Part shown: piece by piece, positions 36,801 to 49,293 of the stretch
Position numbering within the stretch: the stretch's first letter is position 1
Layout of the letters: each line of letters starts with the position of its first letter
NCBI GenBank assembly: GCA_030141605.1
Contig: JAQGDQ010000512.1
Coordinates: 62,001 to 126,000 of the forward strand
DNA length: 64,000 nucleotides
Direction of reading: 5' to 3'
DNA from: Tubiluchus corallicola
Lineage: Eukaryota > Animalia > Priapulida
The notes under the pieces: generated by a model
Seen by the model: the letters and a program-made list of their open reading frames with translations, nothing else
What the model was told of the DNA's origin: nothing
The model's database searches: none
Program-made: the position numbers and the translations under genes

Positions 36801-39800
36801 ATGTCGGACATAATGTTATCCATTGCCTCATGAAAGTGATTAATGTTAGTATTTGGATGACGGTAAACAACACCAAAGATAATATGCTTAGAATGTATAT
36901 TAGTTTCTATCTGTATCCAGAGATCTTCGCACTGCATGTCGGATTGAAAAGTAAGAGATGAATTAGCATTTTGGATAGAGTATTTTGTGATTTTAGTATA
37001 ATTTAGCTGATTAGATACATAAAGTCCAACCCCCCCTGCTCTTGTATTAGAATCAGTATGTAAAAAAGTGTAATTGGGTATATTACATAAAAAAATATTT
37101 TTATCGTTAACTCGAGTTTCCGACACTGCTATTATGTCGGGTGGCCTCTTAAAATGCTGAAGCACATCTGTTATGTCATGATAGTGTTTGTGAAGGCTAT
37201 TGGGATTAATATGTATGAAGCTAAAATCCTTATCATTGTTGTGCAAAAAGGCTGATGACTGCAGCGTGGTGAGTTTATAGTATTTGCTATCATACAGAGT
37301 ATTATGATTAATGTCGGGATCTTTGTCATCATCATCATTAAACGAGGACAAACTAGCTGTACAGTTGAGTGACAGTAATTGTTCAATTTCACTATTGCAA
37401 TAACTAAAATGGACAAAATCATAAAAGTCATCATCGTCTGCCATCTGAAGTGGCAATATCGAATTAATGCAAGGCAAGCAAAAGTATGTATCACTAGAAT
37501 TAGCTAAATTTTGAAACTGTTGTAATGATAGGCATGTGCACTTCAGATGGCACCAATTCTGACAGTTGTCACAATAAATAGCATTCTGATTCGACCTACA
37601 GACTTTAGAGCAGACTGTACATGGATAAGATGCCATATATTAAATAACTGAAAAGTGCAACATTAAGGTTAAAGATGAGAATTGGTCTGCGATGACATGG
37701 CTGGGTTATATCCCATTCTCAGCAGAACTTGAAGAGAGTCAATTGGTACTGCTTCAGAATCATCAGAGTCAGACCTCTTTAAATAGATGCGACCATATCG
37801 AGACCATACATATTTGTACCGCAGTTGCTTTTTGCACTGTCGTGCATGGTATAGCAAGGATCTATTTTGCTTTGTAAGGTTTTCATTTATATAAATTTTG
37901 CTTACTGTTGAAAAGCCTAGGTCGTGAGCAGAGTTGATTCGTTTCCTGGCTGCATATACTTTGTCACGGATGTCGCGTCGTACAAACTTGACGATAATTG
38001 CTGGAGCACTACCAGATCTTGTCTTTTGCAGTCGATGCGAAGTAGCAATATCTTCAGGAGCTATTTGTACACCAATGACATCACAAAGCCTTTTGATAAT
38101 GGTGTTAGTAGATTCATGCTCAATGAAAGGGATACCTGTAATTTCTAGCATGTCACGCCTCTCGTATTGTTCAAGGTCATTCACAGATTTTTCAGATGCA
38201 GTTTTTTTTTTTCTAGTTTGCTTATTGTACATTTCAGTATTTTGTTTTCCTCTTCTAGATTTCTCATTTTTTCCTCATTTTGCTTATTCTGTTCTTGCAA
38301 ATCTTCATATTGTTTTGAAATAAATTCCTGACTTTTCACAAGTCCGCCTATTTGTCTGTTTACTTCTGTAAGTTTTGAATCTATAGATGCTGAATTGTCA
38401 TAAATCCTCTTACCCAATCGTTCCTCCATTGCTGTCAGTCGTTTTTCAAAAGCGGAAAGAAGTGCCTGTGCTGTATCCTCGTTTAAGCTGCTATTAGATG
38501 ATATATATAAAAGATATATTTCGTTTTGTTGTATGTCATACAGAAACACGCACACAAACTGTGTGTGTCTCTCTCTCCCTCTCTTTCTCTCTCTCTCTCT
38601 CTGTGTCTCCCTCTTCCTCTCTCTCTCTCTCCCTCTCCCTCTCTCCCTCTCTCTCAACAGAAAATGTGCATTCAGTTTATGCGTCAGGCTGAATAAGAGT
38701 GAAAATTTTAAACAGTGATGTAAACTTTTCTTCTTCAATTAGACGTCATTGACGTAGTTTGTTATATCGTTAATTGTTATTTGGTGTATTGTTGTGTGTT
38801 TTGATTTATTGCATTTATTTGTATTGATTTGTGATGTGTATATGAAAAGTTTGTAAAGTTTGAAATAAAGTATGTAATCAAATCAAATTAAATCAAATCT
38901 CTCAGCAGATTTGGTAACATTAATTTCTGTGATGATTGGTTAACAAAATCTGATTTCCAATGTGTACATGAATTTATATTTTGCACTAAACATCCAGTAG
39001 CTTCTATCTCATGTGAAATGTATCAGTTGTAAATATTTGCGGATTCAAATTTTAACTCTCGATTTATTACTTATACCTAATGTAATCTTGTGGTAGAAAT
39101 TGCCAATTCTTATTGTAACTGTTTTGTAAATAGTGTATTTAGTTTGTGGTGAGGATTTTTAACCCTTTCTGTCCCAAATTATTTTTTTAATAAGAAAAAA
39201 ATGTTTGGCTTGGTACTTTTGTTCAGTATGTCCATCTTGTTTGCACATAATAATTATTTTTTCTACCTGTGCCCGCGTGGTAAATATAGCCTGTATCCCA
39301 CAGGATACATTGGGATTTAATGGTTGCTAAACATGACAAAAAGGAAATGCTGATAATTTTTTAAAGTATCTAAGACATTTAGTATGCATGCTATGCTAAT
39401 CTGTACAAAGTCGTCTCTAAAGTACTGTACTTTGCACAGTTTTTTGTGCTATGTAGATTTTCTAGTTTGCCATTTCATCACTATTTTTAGTCTGTTGTTA
39501 TTGGCTTAAATCAAAATAACTATTAACAGATCAAATAACTGTCAGTTTTAAAATTTTATTAATTTTAAAGGCAGAAAATATTCTCGTATCCCACGGGTTA
39601 CAACGGGTATGAAAGGGTTAATCGTGTTTCAAAACTGTCTGATCCAATGCTATGATGAATTATATTTAAACTAAAATCTGATTACATATTAAAAACCATA
39701 AAGCTGATGTGGCTGACCATCTTTTGCCAGTATGAACTTTAAGGACAACAAAAATTTCCATAATTTTCAGCATTTTAACTGCATTCTCATTTTTGTAGGT

Positions 39801-42800
39801 TTATGGTACCTGTTGTCAGGCCAGGGTCACCGGTTTGATTTCGGATGGGTTCTGGCTGAAATGCACCCACACATGTGGGCGTACACCGGAATCGGTCTAG
39901 CGATATCCTTGTCGGTCGTCGGTGCCGCATGGGGCATCTACACTACCGGCAGCAGTATCACCGGAGGCGGAGTCAGAGCTCCACGAATCAAAACGAAGAA
40001 CTTGATTAGCATCATCTTTTGCGAAGCCGTTGCTATCTATGGTACTTTTAACTCCTCCTTCTACATGAAACGTTTGCAAACTTAAAGGAAAACCGGATGA
40101 TTGTGTAAACAAGAGTTCAGAATAAAGAATGCTCTAAAATATTGAAATCAAATCTGCTTAGATTAAATAATAATTACCTCGGATACTCAAATTTCGTTAA
40201 ACTTTCAAAGCTACGCGCGGCTTAGTGAATCTACTACGATTGACAACGGCGCCTTTTTGTCTCATTCGCGTGGCGGACAAATAGATGGCGGTACCGTGAC
40301 AACCATGGTCATGAACTGCAGTGTTAGTTTCTGACGTCATGATATACAGCCCATATTTTGTGACATCATGCGTTTAAGCAGTACGGTATCACTGATGCAA
40401 ATGTGCTTGATGCACAATGGAAGATGCCTGCCATTGCACAAACTGTGGTTAGTTTCTGACGTAAGCAATAGCTGTGTTCGGTTGACTTTCTAAGCTAATT
40501 ATTAAAATGTAAGAAAGAATTACTAACTTTTATAGGCAAGAAAATGTATATTTTGGACAGTAAATTAAAATAAGATTGTGTCTAAACAATCGTCCGGTTT
40601 TCCTTTAATAATGTAACATTCTGAACTGCATGTTATCTTTAATTAATAATGCTCAACTCCTTCAGGATGGCACCATTCAAAATAGGTCATTCACTGAAAA
40701 ACAATGAATGAGAGGCCGCAAAAAATTAGGTGCTTCCTGGGAATTGAACCTTGCTCACTGTACTGTTTCCCTGCCCAAAAACTTGGGGAGCCACACGGCT
40801 TTTTAAACATCTTGAATTTATGAATGGAAAGTGACGACTGATTTCTTAAACTGACTTTGTCGCCTCTCTCGCCTGTCTTGCTTCTGACAAATGCTTATAT
40901 TCGCTTACCTACATAACAGTACATTCCTTTATGTGCAATTGTTTGCTGTATAACTGTTTGTGGTGTGTTGCCAACAGTCGAAACGAACGCAGTGTAACTG
41001 CTTTGTAAAATGGAAACAATTGCTGAAATTAGGCAGTATTTTCACTATGTGTACATTATTATTTTGTATGACTGAATTTAAGCGTTCGTTGAAATGACGT
41101 ATCTTGTGAGTTACCTATTACTCTCCTGCTGCTGTATGAGCACAGACATAACTAAATGATTGCAAATTAGGTTCTGTTCAATTTAGGAGAATCTCGGCCA
41201 TCCGTTCGTGATATTTTTATAAGCATTTATAAGCGATTTAACTGGATGAAAGTTAAAAAAAATCGCCCTCTTTAGGCATTCCAACTTAGATCATTAAGTA
41301 GCTTAGTGCGGTGTACACTTGCGTGCTCGCTAGTTTATTGATCGCTTGCTTGCCACACCCAAGCTGTGCAGTGTTCTGCTGCTATTCCAGGAGAAACCGA
41401 CCGATCAGCCAAGGAGAAATTAAGGTTATTTCATCTTTTAACAAGAATTTCTCGTTAAAAATAGAGTTGACTTGAAGCGAAACTGTTTCAGAGTGTTGTG
41501 TCTAGATAGTTGAAATTTTCTGCATTAGCTAGTTTCACACAAGTGATACTGTACATTGTTACAGTGTAAACACTGCAGTTACTGAAAACTTTTTTTGTTT
41601 TTTTGAATTTTTTCATCAAAAATATATTTTTAATTTACCTAAGGTAAGCCAATACATCTCATATATAATTTTGCATGAAAATCTATTGTATGAGGAGTAG
41701 AAACCTGCAAAAATTATCAAATATAACGCAATCGCTGCTTAGCGAGAGCGGTTTTTCACGAACACGTGCAAAATTTAGCAAACACTTACGGTTCTGAGGG
41801 ATTTAACAGAGAAATCAGCTTTGTCGAGACATGATTTAGATTTTTTTAAATTTAGATTTGCTTATTCATCCATTTAGCGCGATACAAAAACAAAAGATAT
41901 AAAATTACTAATTAACAGCGCATTACAGTGCTATGAGCGCAGCAGAAGAAATTAACTTATGAGCTAGGCAAGTGATTAAGCTATGATTATGTAAAATTGT
42001 GCTATCATCGTTTGTCTAGTACAAATAGTTTTTCTGCAGTTTCTTGTCATTTCCATAGTGTGCAAAATCCGCCATCTTGTCACTGTGTGACTTTTTTTCG
42101 TAGGCATCATTATGGCCATCGTCATCAGTAATCTGGTCGAGCCGTTCAACTTAGACAATGTAGATCCAGACCTCCAGTACACCACCTTAGCTATTAATAC
42201 GTTTTCCGGGTAAGTACCTATTGTATCCATTAAAATATCATATCAGCAATATATTTGACAGACATTCTTTGGATTTACTTTCATTGATTTAGTCGCAAGT
42301 CTCCAGCGCCTAATAATAATCTTTATTTAAAGTCGGCTTTTGGGTCAACAATTAACATTAGCTCAAAGAGCCATTATCGCCGACTGTAAATAACAACCTA
42401 CAATAACATAACAGAGACTATTATTACCCCACTTTTACCCTAAATACCACGCGTCAGGCAGGACAACAGCAGGTACCATTTTTAAAGTCTTTGGTATGAC
42501 CCGGCTGCTGGTTCGAACTCACGACCTCCCAGACGGAAAGCAGACTAAACCGTCTGGTCTACGCAACCAGCCGGCGACTCACATGTCACCTTTTTGCGTG
42601 TTCTGATTGTTTATAACCATAAATGAAGGAGTAAGTGATTGGAATTATGGCTTTATTCCAATTTAAAGAGCAGCACCATTCTAATTGCAAGGTGCACTGC
42701 CTAAAAGAACACCAAACCAAAGTGTTGTAACAGTCATAGATGTTAATTAGTTACTCAACATTATAACACTTATTATTCATATTTTTGCTGCCGTGGGGTT

Positions 42801-45800
42801 AACGAAGCACAGCATGTAGGGGAAAGGTCTATCAAGGTAGGGTTACCATACGTCCGGGTTTCCCCGGACACGTCTCCTTTTTGGGCCTCTGTCCGGGCGT
42901 GTTTTCAAAAAATCGGCAGTTTGTCCGGGTTTTGCCTCAATCCGTAAGTATGTACAGACGTTGCCAACTGCAGAGGCGTACGACAGTATGAGACAAAGAA
43001 AAGCTCGTTAATTTCCAATACAAGATGTTGCTAACATCTCAATATGCAACCTTTGTAAAAGCTTTGTGTACATATTTACTGAACAAAAGTAAGCGATGCG
43101 CACATCACTGTGGGTCATACGACTCACACCGCTGTCGATGCTCGGCGTATTCGCTAACGACTTAAAATTATGTCAGCTTCCGGGAGCCATTTTGTTTGTC
43201 TTTATGTGAATTTCTTTCACTTTGTATAGTTTCGCTGTTTTCCAGTTTTGAGCAACTGGTAAAAGTTAATTAGAAAGTAGCAATGCCGAAACGACAGTGT
43301 GCATTTACAGATGAAATGAAGGCCAAGTACCCGTGTCCTCTTTTTCAACTCAGACAATATGGTAACCCTATATCAAGGTGAAACTGACAATACAGTGTTC
43401 CCTCACTTATCGCGGGTGTTCCGTTCCAGGCCTACCCGTGATAAGTGAATTTCCGCAAAGTAGGGATGCTATACTTATTTTAGTAGTTATACATTAATAG
43501 CCAATCAGCGACTGGGATACACAGCAGCATTTTCTGGTTGGTCACTTTCCATCAATCAACCAATCGTGTGTTGTGTACAATCTCGCGTCGGCAAGTGGCA
43601 TCTCAAGCGGGTGCAAGTACTACATTTCGTTTTTAGTGTGTATTCATCCACCGAATGAATACACTATTTACTGTAATAGTAATTTCTTATGATTTATAAT
43701 ATTCTTTTAACGTTAGAATTAATATTTTTAATATATTTTTATACATTTTGTGATTTTTTTATGCAAAATTCATCAAATCTATACATTAGTGTACAATACG
43801 TACTACTCATGTGCAAAAATACTTTAGACGGAGTACCGCAAAAACCCGCGAAACAGCGAATAAATATTTTACATTAGTATTTTTGAAAACCCGCGAAACA
43901 GCTAGTCCGCGATAAACAAACCGCAAAGTAGCGAGGGAACACTGTACTGTACAGCTAGTTATCAACTTGCGGCCACAATTGGTTCTGGCGAATTCAAGAA
44001 AATTTCTTGAGAAAAAAATGTTTATGGCTAAATAAAAATTTTTAACAGAAAACCAAGAAACGTGTCAAGCTCTTGTTTGTTTGCGCAATCCCCGATCAGT
44101 CAGCTGATTTGCATAGTGAAGTTCTGCTTATGTATGCCATTTACTTAGTGTCGATTCTCTTATCCATTACCATTGTCTAGACAGTTTTTAACTAACAGCT
44201 CTGCATTTAGGGGGTGGTGGCCTGCCCTCCTTTCATGGTAGAGGTGGAGGCCTGTCTCCTTTCGTGGTGGAGGGTGGAGGCCTGCATCCTTTCATGGTGG
44301 AGGGTGGAGGCCTGCCTCCTTTCGTGGTAGAGGGTGGGGGCCTGTCTCCTTTCATGGTAGAGGGTGGAGGCCTGTCTCCTTTCGTGGTAGAGGGTGGAGG
44401 CCTGCATCCTTTCATGGTGGAGGGTGGAGGCCTGCCTCCTTTCGTGGTAGAGGGTGGGGGCCTGTCTCCTTTCATGGTAGAGGGTGGAGGCCTGTCTCCT
44501 TTCATGGTAGAGGGTGGAGACCTGCCTCCTTTCGTGGTAGAGGGTGGAGGCCTGCCTCCTTTCATGGTAGAGGGTGGAGGCCTGCCCCCTTTCATGGTAG
44601 AGGTGGAGACCTGCCTCCTTTCGTGGTAGAGGGTGGAGACCTGCCTCCTTTCGTGGTAGAGGGTGGAGGCCTGCCTCCTTTCGTGGTAGAGGGTGGAGGC
44701 CTGCCTCCTTTCGTGGTAGAGGGTGGAGGCCTGCCTCCTTTCGTGGTAGAGGGTGGAGGCCTGCCTCCTTTCGTGGTAGAGGTGGAGACCTGCCTCCTTT
44801 CATGGTAAAGGGTGGAGGCCTGCCCCCCTTTGATGGTAGTAGTGAAATTATGAATCACGAGCTTGAGATGACGTAATGAATTTTAAACTAGCGAACTTGC
44901 CAGAGGAAATAGCTTCTAGCAGCTGCAAGATGGTCCAAAATGCAGTAAAATGCACGTGTAGCCGAGATTTTCTGCCGTTTAGCTGTGACTGGTGCGAAAT
45001 ATTAGCACACGCGCAAACTTATTAAATTTTATATGAACAGTGGGTGTGCCAGTATACATGCGTGTTGTTAGCGTTATCAACTTTACCCCTTTCGCCAAGT
45101 TGCCTTTTGTTTTCAACTTCTTCGTTTTTGCATTGCACTCGTCTTTCTAGTTATAGCCTCGTTACTTTGCGAGTTACAATAAAATTGTTAAATTTATTCT
45201 TGTCGTCTTGGTGTTTGAGAGAGAGCTGGTACATTCTTTAATTAATGGCGGTGGGCTGTAAACTTACCAGTCTCAAATCAGTTTCATGTTTTTAAACTCT
45301 GGCGGCGCGGCCATGGCGAATTTGTCGTAGCACATGGCGGTTTAAAATTAATTTGCATAGAAAAGGAAAGATGAGTTATTATTAGTTTTGCTTAAGCAAT
45401 TAATTAAGTTGTGGCCGGTTCGTAAAGCCGAGAAGTCACATGGGTCGTCGACTACTTGTACAAGTTTTTTGAATTGCACTCATAAGTCATTTATATCATA
45501 TTACACATTTACAAGTTTCATGTACAATATCTAGTGAAAGGGCCTACAATGACCGTAATACAAATAAGAAATACTGCACAGGAAAAGCCTCAAACACTGT
45601 TCACTTATATACGGAGGTAAATGTGTTGCGGGCAATCAAAAAGCAGGGCTTGTTAGATTGTCCCACACTGTGAAAGAAAAAAAAGTAATGGAAATAATCT
45701 GAAAATTTAAAGTGAATCGTATTATAAAAAAAGTTAGCGCTTAAAATGGAATGACGTAATGAATAAACTGTTTATTTCAACAGGTACGCCTGCTTTGGAG

Positions 45801-46009
45801 CCGGACTCACCGTCGGCTTGGCGAACCTCTTCTGTGGCATCGCCGTAGGCATCGTCGGATCGGGAGCGGCCCTCGCCGATGCACAAAACGCTGCTCTGTT
45901 CGTCAAGATTCTCATTGTAGAGATCTTCGGCAGTGCCATCGGACTATTCGGTGTCATTGTTGCCATTTTGCAAGTGTCCAGCGTAAAGATGGGCAACAAA
46001 GTTGCTTAA
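33817..46009 (+). CDS. ATP6V0B: V-type proton ATPase 21 kDa proteolipid subunit c'' (Vma16), 4 coding exons, 214 aa
   Basis: Exons 33817-33886, 39799-40041, 42104-42209, 45784-46009 total 645 nt in frame. Motifs [56 protein letters not shown]. Confidence 0.96.
34347..37636 (-). pseudogene. LINE ORF2 (PHD finger, AP endonuclease, reverse transcriptase), one frameshift near 36120-36130
   Basis: ORFs 36113-37636 and 34347-36122; GGGVGLYV-type, [46 protein letters not shown] motifs. Confidence 0.93.
37669..38500 (-). pseudogene. LINE ORF1, frameshifted in an A11 run at 38202-38212; no clear start codon
   Basis: ORFs 38181-38738 (3' part) and 37669-38232 join into an L1/Tnp_22-like ORF1. Confidence 0.85.
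39163..39617. mobile_element. piggyBac-like MITE (TTAA-CCCTTTC...GAAAGGG-TTAA); second copy 49741-50193
   Basis: TTAA TSD, CCC/GGG ends, two similar copies. Confidence 0.85.
39799..40041 (+). CDS. ATP6V0B: ATP6V0B exon 2
   Basis: ttgtag/gtactt, 243 nt. Confidence 0.95.
40086..40604. mobile_element. Kolobok-like MITE, TTAA TSD
   Basis: TIR AGGAAAACCGGA(T/C)GATTGT. Confidence 0.75.
42104..42209 (+). CDS. ATP6V0B: ATP6V0B exon 3 (IIMAIVISN...NTFSG)
   Basis: tcgtag/gtaagt, 106 nt, phase 1-2. Confidence 0.93.
42300..42565 (-). mobile_element. tRNA-derived SINE fragment
   Basis: B-box GTGAGTTCGAACC followed by a GGGTCATACCAAAGACTTTAAAAATGGTACC core; AATAAA-like end and (TAT)n tail. Confidence 0.65.
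42838..43370. mobile_element. hAT MITE, 8-bp TSD TATCAAGG
   Basis: TIR TAGGGTTACCATA; exact TSD. Confidence 0.9.
43393..43944. mobile_element. Tc1/mariner-pogo-type MITE, TA TSD
   Basis: TIR CAGTGTTCCCTC. Confidence 0.85.
44208..44840. repeat. 30-bp G-rich minisatellite, ~21 copies
   Basis: Unit CCTGCCTCCTTTCGTGGTAGAGGGTGGAGG. Confidence 0.95.
45784..46009 (+). CDS. ATP6V0B: ATP6V0B last coding exon
   Basis: caacag acceptor, TAA at 46007-46009. Confidence 0.95.
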
Positions 46010-46058
46010 ATCCTTCGGGCAAAAGAGTAAATACTTTCATAATGCGTGCAACTACACT

Positions 46059-46427
46059 CACTCGTATCTCGGTTTGCCGGACCTCGGTTTTACGGATATA
46101 GGAAGAATCTGGACCGCTAAAAAGTCCCGCATACTACAACACAGTCCGTTGTTTCGTGAGCTGACCGCTAATTGGCAGGCCGTCACTTTGTTTACATCAT
46201 TACATCAGTGCAACCAAACAGTGTGTAACGACATGTGTATAACTTGCATGTCAGGCTCAGTCCGTACTAGATGTTTTTGAGATAATTAGGCAATTGATTC
46301 GACATTATCGCGAGTCTAATAATAACGCGGCTTCGACTGTATTAGCTTAATGTCGATAAATACGGACAATCTGCAAATTCGGAATGACGTCTCCCCCGCT
46401 TTTGTCCAGCAAACCGAGATACGAGTG
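46059..46427. mobile_element. MITE 50 bp after the ATP6V0B stop codon
   Basis: TIR CACTCGTATCTCGGTTTGC(C/T)GGAC. Confidence 0.8.
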
Positions 46428-46657
46428 TAATTTAGTAAATAAATCCACATTGAAAATTAAATATACATTATCTTCCTTGTCATTTTCATTCCATTCATTC
46501 ATTATCATTTATTTCAACGTTCATTATAGCACAATGTATTTCATTACAAAAACACATTGTGAAGTAGACGCATTGCGATAGAACTTGCTACGATAAAATG
46601 ATCTTGTTACAAATTTCTGCTAAAAATAAAAAATGGCGACTGGTAACATGAACCCAT

Positions 46658-47028
46658 TGTAACAGTACCATAGATATGGTTTGTGTAGATCAAAGATCTC
46701 GGTGATTGCTTAAGAGTGTTCTGCATTCTAGACTGTCATGTTGCTCTGATCTTCTTTGTTTAAGTTCCTATTTAGTTTAATAAACACTACTCGAGTTCTG
46801 GTCCGCAAATGCGGGCGTGGGTTCGAATCCCACTTCTGACACCATGTTACACATTACAATAACATTTGCAACCAGACAAATGCGTGCATAATAAGGTAGT
46901 ATTTATTAAACTAATTAGGAACTTAAACAAAGAAGATCATAGCAGCATGACAGTCTAGAATGCAGAACACTCTTAAGCAATCACCAAGATCTTTGATCTA
47001 CACAGACCATATCTATGGTATTGTTACA
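46658..47028 (-). mobile_element. LTR-derived insertion: short LTR, extended tRNA-Leu PBS, inverted partial LTR; 5-bp TSD CCCAT
   Basis: TGTAACA...TGTTACA ends, ~132-bp inverted arms, CCCAT at 46653-46657 and 47029-47033. Confidence 0.85.
46789..46844 (+). pseudogene. 3' half of mature tRNA-Leu(CAA-type) ending in CCA
   Basis: ACTCGAGTTCTGGTCCGCAAATGCGGGCGTGGGTTCGAATCCCACTTCTGACACCA: long variable arm, T-loop, CCA; 5' half absent. Confidence 0.9.
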
Positions 47029-47508
47029 CCCATTATTGTAATAAAAGTTAAAACTGCTATTGGTTAAGTTTTCTATTTATTGTTGTTAAAGTAATTTGGA
47101 AGTACTGGTTTAGTTGGTGTGGAATAGTGGATTTATCATACTACTAACACTTTATCATTTAGTACATTTGAAGTTGTTTATTTTGAAACTTTTTCCTCTG
47201 AAACAGTTGATAGTTACTACTTGTTACATTATTGCCACCTTGCATGAATGTAACACAGTTATTTATGGCCTTGTGATTTTAGACAATGATAATCGTGGTG
47301 ACAAAGTGTAGATGCAAATGTATTTAGTATAGAAATGGCCTTGTGAATTTGTAAATAATTACGGTGCGCATGTGAATGAAGTACGATGCTGTTTTTGTTC
47401 TGCTAAATTGTTGAATTACTGTCTGTTCCTGCTGTTACGCCATTCTGCCCTACAAAGACAAACACCAGTAAATGTAAAATGGAAATTACGAGGAAATCCA
47501 GTATAAAG

Positions 47509-47906
47509 TGGGGTGAGCATTGAAACGTTCGAGTTCGAACATTCGAATGAGTTTTTTAGTTCGAACTCGATTCGAATCCAAAACTATAGATTCGAATAAT
47601 TTAGCACTTCAATCACACATGTTCCTGATCATTAAAACGATTGAAACATCATGCAGTTAACATAATTTAGTTGTTATTTCTGCGCACAACTTTAAGCAAA
47701 TTACTAGTCGTTTTATTGCAGAACATAATTTAGTGATACGCATGATCTTTGTAAGACTAATTTTTACTGGTGGTTCGAAAACTAGTTCGAAAATCTTTCG
47801 ATCTCAATTCGAATTCGAAACACTGAAGTTCGGTTCGATTCGTATTCGAAAGTCACAAATTCGGTTCGATTCCAATTCGCTTTCTGGTAGAGAATGCTCA
47901 CCCCTA
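47509..47906. mobile_element. hAT MITE rich in TTCGAA, TSD GTATAAAG; second copy 50448-50847 with TSD ACGCTTAC
   Basis: TIR TAGGGGTGAGCAT; exact 8-bp TSDs on both copies. Confidence 0.9.
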
Positions 47907-48231
47907 GTATAAAGTTGAAATGTTTGACCTGTTTACAGTCCTTGTTACGTCGTGTAAGGTGTAAACACAAAGGAAAGGGACCTGTTTGTTTGAATAAAAT
48001 TAGAATTTTCAAAATTTTTATTCACTTGGCGATTCTTCACTTATTGCTGTTTTACACAGACTAAGTTAATGCCTCCAGCACAGTGGCGCCTGGTGTTAAC
48101 GTAACTGTGAAACTGCAGCGCCCCTGTTTTCACTCAAAATTATCGATAGTATTCAATATGAGTCTTTTTTCTGTAGTTTTTTATTCATACTTGTACAGAA
48201 GTAGAGCGCGTGAGGGTAGTACTATTTGCTT

Positions 48232-48557
48232 CACAGTCCAGCACAGTGGTATGTTTGGCTGTTGTGCACATGTCTGAGATAACACTGCACTGCTAGCATT
48301 TGCATCTAGGTAGAAAAAGTACTGTCGCTCACACAGTTTGACAGCCCAGCACAGCGGTGTGTTTGGCTGTTGTGCACATGTCTGAGATAACACTGCACTG
48401 CTAGCATTTGCATCTAGGTAGAAAAAGTACTGTCGCTCACACAGTTTGACAGCCCAGCACAGTGGTGTGTTTGGCTGTTGTACACACGTGTCTGAGATAA
48501 CACTGCACCGCTAGCATTTGCAGCTAGGTAGAAAAAGTACTGTCGCTCACACAGTTT
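48232..48557. repeat. ~107-bp tandem repeat x3
   Basis: CAGCACAGTGGT...GAGATAACACTGCA...CACACAGTTTG repeated. Confidence 0.85.
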
Positions 48558-48965
48558 GTTGTCAGTTGCTTAAAAAACCTGTACTGGCATATTCCTAACT
48601 GCGGCAACTTGGGTTATTCGTAAGCAAAAATTTTTTGTTTAGGATTTTATCAAGTTTATGTATAAATTTTCATACGCATTAAAATCATACACGTTTTTTT
48701 CATTTTACACGGTATTAAAACAATGGCTAAAAATTTCAGAAGCAGCACCCCACTAAGTTTAGCTATGAGTTGCCACTATCTCCAGCAGTATCTAATCATA
48801 ATCTTTTCTGCATACAATGATAAACAGCAATAAGTGAATGGATACAGCAGTAGATTACATAGCGCTGCTTTTTGCCCTCGTACCAAAAACAGGAGATGCA
48901 TTTACTGCTGACCTCAAGGTCTGTTTTCTATGAAAACAAGCATTATGAGCCGATACTGGTCATTA

Positions 48966-49293
48966 CAGTGAACCCTCGTTAAACTGTACTAATTGGGGGT
49001 GGGGTGGTCCGGTTTAGCTGATTGTCCGATTTATCCGATATGTCTATATTATACAGGAATAATCACCTTAATAAGGCCTATATACATTGTACTATATACT
49101 GTGCACTATATACTATACTGTATATTACTTTAAAATAGTTGACCAGTGAGGATAAAGAAATTATTGTACAGCTGGTAGGCCGTGTTGTGTTTAGCGCTCG
49201 GGCTCGGATGGAAATCGGTCAGTTTCCTTTACCATGGATGACGTCTTATCCGATATCCGGGCTAACGGGGTCCGGTTTAACGAGGGTCGACTG
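48966..49293. mobile_element. Tc1/mariner-type MITE, TA TSD
   Basis: TIR CAGT(G/C)(A/G)ACCCTCGTTAAAC. Confidence 0.8.

Larger units (their letters stand above)
33905..38500 (-). mobile_element. Near-full-length CR1/L2-group LINE in ATP6V0B intron 1 (antisense)
   Basis: ORF1 (coiled coil plus LEQYERR...LEITGIP...HRL...IYINENLT...YVW), ORF2 (PHD, APE, RT with FADDT), 3'UTR stem-loop at 33989-34037, AATAAA and (TACTAT)n tail near 33905-33933. Confidence 0.93.

Noticed and set aside
38195-38220. Programmed -1 frameshift in LINE ORF1
   Set aside because: The A11 run is better explained by a homopolymer indel or sequencing error; no stimulatory structure noticed.
46789-46844. Functional tRNA gene or CGA-anticodon tRNA
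   Set aside because: The 5' half is missing; CGA is most simply a mutated CAA in a retro-copied fragment.
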